Shown piece after piece: positions 60,578-64,000 of a stretch of DNA of 64,000 bases (the first letter of the stretch is position 1; each line of letters opens with the position of its first letter). The stretch spans positions 248,001 through 312,000 of the forward strand of contig NC_079238.1 of NCBI RefSeq assembly GCF_027921745.1. The letters are read 5' to 3'. A program made the translations under genes and the position numbers. Below the pieces are notes generated by a model. The model was not told the DNA's origin. It made no database searches and was given only the letters and a program-made list of their open reading frames with translations. This DNA comes from Schizosaccharomyces osmophilus. Taxonomy: Eukaryota.

Positions 60578-62425
60578 TTAAATACGCATATCTGTTTCAG
60601 TGTCGATACCAGCGTATGGAGTATCGTGACGAACTTCCCGAATGGTCTCACTTTCACCAACTTCTTCATCCATAGGAGGGTGTTCACGAATTGCTTCCTT
60701 CATAGTAACAGAATCATCCGCGCCTTTCTTTTCAGTAACAGATGATGGTGTATGACTCATTTCTAATTCCATATTTTCATTGAGTTTACGATCACTAGGG
60801 TCTTCCCAGAATCGTTTCTCACCATGGCACAAGCGCTTGACCCAAGGAGGCAAAAGACCACCCTCGACACGCCAAGTCCAAGGTTCCTTTTGGTCGTAAT
60901 CACCAGGCGTAATTTTTCCTCTGGACGCTTTGTCGATGAGGTAAATGATAATATTCAAAACCATGTAAGAGATGATACCGGCAATTAAACCATAAGCGAT
61001 GGAATAAGTAAGAGGCATTAAAGCAATTGTAATGAATGCAGGGATGGAGTCACCGAGATAGCTCCAGTTAATGAGGGCCGAACTCTTCATCATCAAACTA
61101 CCGACAAGCACCAAGGTAGAGCCGGTGGCCCAAACAGGAATACTGGAAAAGATAGGAGCGAAGAAAAGAGAGATGAAGAAACAGATACCGATGACAACAC
61201 CGACAATGCCTGTTTTACCACCGGCAGAAATACCAGAACCAGACTCGATAAAAGCGGTGACGGGAGAAACACCGAAAAGGGACCCAATGGAAATACTCAA
61301 AGCATCGACGAGATAAGCAACGGCGGATCCTTCAAAATCCTGGGTGCGTTGATCGACGAGACCGGCATAATGAGCCATGGAGTATAAAGTACCGGTCGTA
61401 TCCATAATATCGACGTAAAGGAAAGTGATCAAAGCAACGGCAAATTGACCACCGGTGACTTTCCAATTTTGGGCCACCAAGATACTATTAATTTTGCGAA
61501 AGCTAACGACTTTTTTGAAAAAATTAAAGTCGGAATCACCACTGTCAGTATGGGGGAACATGGTAATTTTTGATCTACGAGGCCAACTGGCGATGGTGAC
61601 GAGGGCGATACCAGCAAGGACAGCACCCTTGAAGCGGTACATCATGAGAACGGCGGTAAAGACACCACCGCAAAAGATACCGACCCACATACGAGCGGAT
61701 TGCAGCTCATGGCCATCACATGTATAATCGGAGGAAAGATATTCGGGAGGACACCCACCAAGACCGACGATGTCGGAAGCGGAATGGCCGACAACACCTA
61801 AACCAGCACTAGGAGTGAGACCGATGATGGTTAGGTATAAACCGATACCAGCACCGGTTGCAAATTTGAGAGATGCAGGGATGGCACGAGCAAGCCATTG
61901 ACGAAGACCGATGATGGTTAGGCCGGTGAAGATGAAGCCTTCGACAAAAACAGCCAAAAGGGCTTCACGATAAGGCACACGACCAGAACCATTATAACCG
62001 ACCACCTGATAAGCAAAATAAGCATTTAAGCCCATACCTGGGGCCATTCCGACGGGCATATTGGCAAACAGACCCATACAGACAGAAGACAAACAAGAGA
62101 TAGCAGCAGTAGCAGTGACGACGTCACGGTGGAAGTTTTGCTTGCAGGCCAAAAAGCTTTTATCGGTATCGCATGCATTGGGATCGGAAGCGGTACATTC
62201 GCAAGGACCACCGGTGTCGATCATAATAGAAGCATTGACGGCAAGGATGTATGCCATAGCACAAAAGGTCGTTAAACCGGCACGAAGTTCGATGCTAAAC
62301 CGACTGCCTCTACGTTCACGAGGATGTCCACAACCCTCAAGACGGAACCAATGGCCGACGAAGCTGCGTGCGATTTTGAAGTCGAGTTCCTCGACCCATT
62401 CCCTAAAGCGTTGCATGACCTTCAT
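60578..62425 (-). CDS. AzgA-like (NCS2) purine nucleobase transporter
   Basis: ELRAGLTTFCAMAYILAVN, APGMGLNAYF, SPVTAFIESGSG, PLTYSIAYG; ATG MKVMQRF at 62425. Confidence 0.9.
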   Translation of the reverse strand: MKVMQRFREWVEELDFKIARSFVGHWFRLEGCGHPRERRGSRFSIELRAGLTTFCAMAYILAVNASIMIDTGGPCECTASDPNACDTDKSFLACKQNFHRDVVTATAAISCLSSVCMGLFANMPVGMAPGMGLNAYFAYQVVGYNGSGRVPYREALLAVFVEGFIFTGLTIIGLRQWLARAIPASLKFATGAGIGLYLTIIGLTPSAGLGVVGHSASDIVGLGGCPPEYLSSDYTCDGHELQSARMWVGIFCGGVFTAVLMMYRFKGAVLAGIALVTIASWPRRSKITMFPHTDSGDSDFNFFKKVVSFRKINSILVAQNWKVTGGQFAVALITFLYVDIMDTTGTLYSMAHYAGLVDQRTQDFEGSAVAYLVDALSISIGSLFGVSPVTAFIESGSGISAGGKTGIVGVVIGICFFISLFFAPIFSSIPVWATGSTLVLVGSLMMKSSALINWSYLGDSIPAFITIALMPLTYSIAYGLIAGIISYMVLNIIIYLIDKASRGKITPGDYDQKEPWTWRVEGGLLPPWVKRLCHGEKRFWEDPSDRKLNENMELEMSHTPSSVTEKKGADDSVTMKEAIREHPPMDEEVGESETIREVRHDTPYAGIDTETDMRI

Positions 62426-63751
62426 GATAAATACAAATACCAATACCTGTGGAGAAAAGAGGAAGAATGGCAATGAAAGCAAACCAAAGGGAACCAATGG
62501 AAATTAAATAAATGAAACAACAAGAAGGGAAGAAGCAATTACGCCTCTCAATGTCAATTTCAACGAAAAAAAGGAAAAAAAAAAAGATCCCAATGTCAAA
62601 AGGAAACCTTGAAAAGTAGAATTGATCCTTAATCTATAGGAGGTTCTACACAAACAAACTGTCAAACCTTCGTTTGAGCAACAACACCTGTGAGCAATGG
62701 GCAGACAGACCCAAAAAGGTGCAAAGAGAGAAGAAGATGGAAAGCAAGTCGCTTTTGCTCTTTTTCTCTTTTTCTCTTTTTTTTTGGTGAAAAATACAAT
62801 TCGGGAGACAACTCTTGTGAATGTTCCAAAGGAATTAGCAATGGGAGTTGCCAACAAACTGTGAAAAGAACCGACAAGAGCTTGCAGGAAGGGACGAGGG
62901 GTGATTTATATAAGAAGGTGACAATCTATAGCTTCATCGATGGGGCAAATCACTGTGACCCGTAAACAGAGTTTTAGGTGAAGTTTTTGGAACTTGTTGC
63001 ACAAGCGTTACTTTGAAAGAATAAAATTTGAATGCGCAGTAACAAAAAGTCACAAAGGATAAGGACACGAGAAACTAACAACGAATCAAGTAAGAATGTG
63101 ATAATGATAGGAGAGGGGATGAGATAATGGGTGGAGATTGCTAGATAGGACTCGAGAGTAGAGATAAGAAGTAGCAATCGAGAGGTGACAATCAAAATTG
63201 AAGGAAAGCAAAAGTAAACAAAAGAGAAATACAAGAGACATCCTTGGCAAGGTGAGCCCACACACGACAAAAGGTAGTGATTGTCGACGAAAAGAATGAA
63301 AAAAATATCAAAGAAAACAACGGAACTAGAATAACAAAGTTGATTACAACTCATATCTCATATTGAGGTTTGACTGACTCTATATGAGATAGCTCTATAG
63401 CAAACGATTCTTCTTACAGAGGAATCTTTTGCTCGCTCGCATCTCTCCACAAATAATTAAGCTTATTTTCTACGAAATCCACGCGTCACCCTTCCACCAA
63501 CCACATTCACGAAAAACGTGCGATTTTCAGGAGCACAAATCTAAAATGCGGTGATTTTCAACAACATGCGACTTCCCAATCTCGGATGAAAAACATTTTG
63601 CTGGTTTTTCTTTGTCTTTGCTTTTTTTCATGTCTTTTTTCGAGTCGCATGCCTTGCAAGAATAGTTTTTCTTCACTGTTTTCTACCAACCGTTCATTCA
63701 AAGGATTTCCGTTTTTTTTTAAGGACCAGACCCTCTTTCTTTCAATGGGTT

Positions 63752-63774
63752 TCTCTCTCTCTCTCTCTCTCTCC
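63752..63774. repeat. (CT)n microsatellite; a second tract lies at ~63945-63961
   Basis: tctctctctctctctctctctc. Confidence 0.8.
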
Positions 63775-64000
63775 CTCAAAAAACGATTTTGTCATCGCTC
63801 ACTAATCATCTCTATCCCGTATGCGGATGGTTTCTAGAATTGCGCTATTTGTAATGTCGTTCGATACCGGAATCCGTAATCCGTTTCTTCCGACGGACCT
63901 GGACGTACGCCTTCCTCATTTGATTCTATATATATTGGTGGGCATCTCTCTCTCTCTCTCTGTACCACCGTGCTTATTGTTCTTATACATTTACGAGGTT

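Noticed and set aside
62504..63837. Hydrophobic ORFs upstream of the AzgA-like gene
   Set aside because: Derived from A/T- and CT-rich low-complexity UTR/promoter sequence
1..64000. Tf LTRs, wtf genes, tRNA/5S genes, CRISPR
   Set aside because: No TG..CA LTR pair, A/B boxes or repeat arrays recognised

Overview
Eukaryotic, gene-dense, intron-containing DNA from a fission yeast (Schizosaccharomyces, not S. pombe itself; probably the octosporus/cryophilus/osmophilus clade, species not resolvable by eye). About 32 protein-coding genes, many rebuilt by hand from GT..CTRAY..YAG introns, follow the order I recall for the S. pombe chromosome II SPBC13A2/SPBC4B4/SPBC2G2 block: ptr2, ptk1, nca2, rsc1, eIF2A, smg1, vps25, usp102, ght2, usp105, atg5, fyv4, an orphan, liz1, syj1, sbh1, mmf1, rpl16, apl1, mug178, ade9, crs1, mug110, myr1, hrs1, dcd1, csi1, mrm2. 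After an apparent synteny break come his4, rft1, hfi1 and an AzgA-like transporter. No tRNA, rRNA, transposon or CRISPR is evident. The most interesting signal is in the introns: all five introns over ~110 nt (usp102, sbh1, ade9, dcd1, his4) fold into clear stems. The dcd1 intron puts a long stem between branch point and acceptor, hiding nonsense-generating AGs. The U1A (usp102) intron displays a U1A-type UGCAC in a bulge, suggesting autoregulation. An orphan ORF looks like a GSKIP-family protein. Ortholog names come from memory, not a search.
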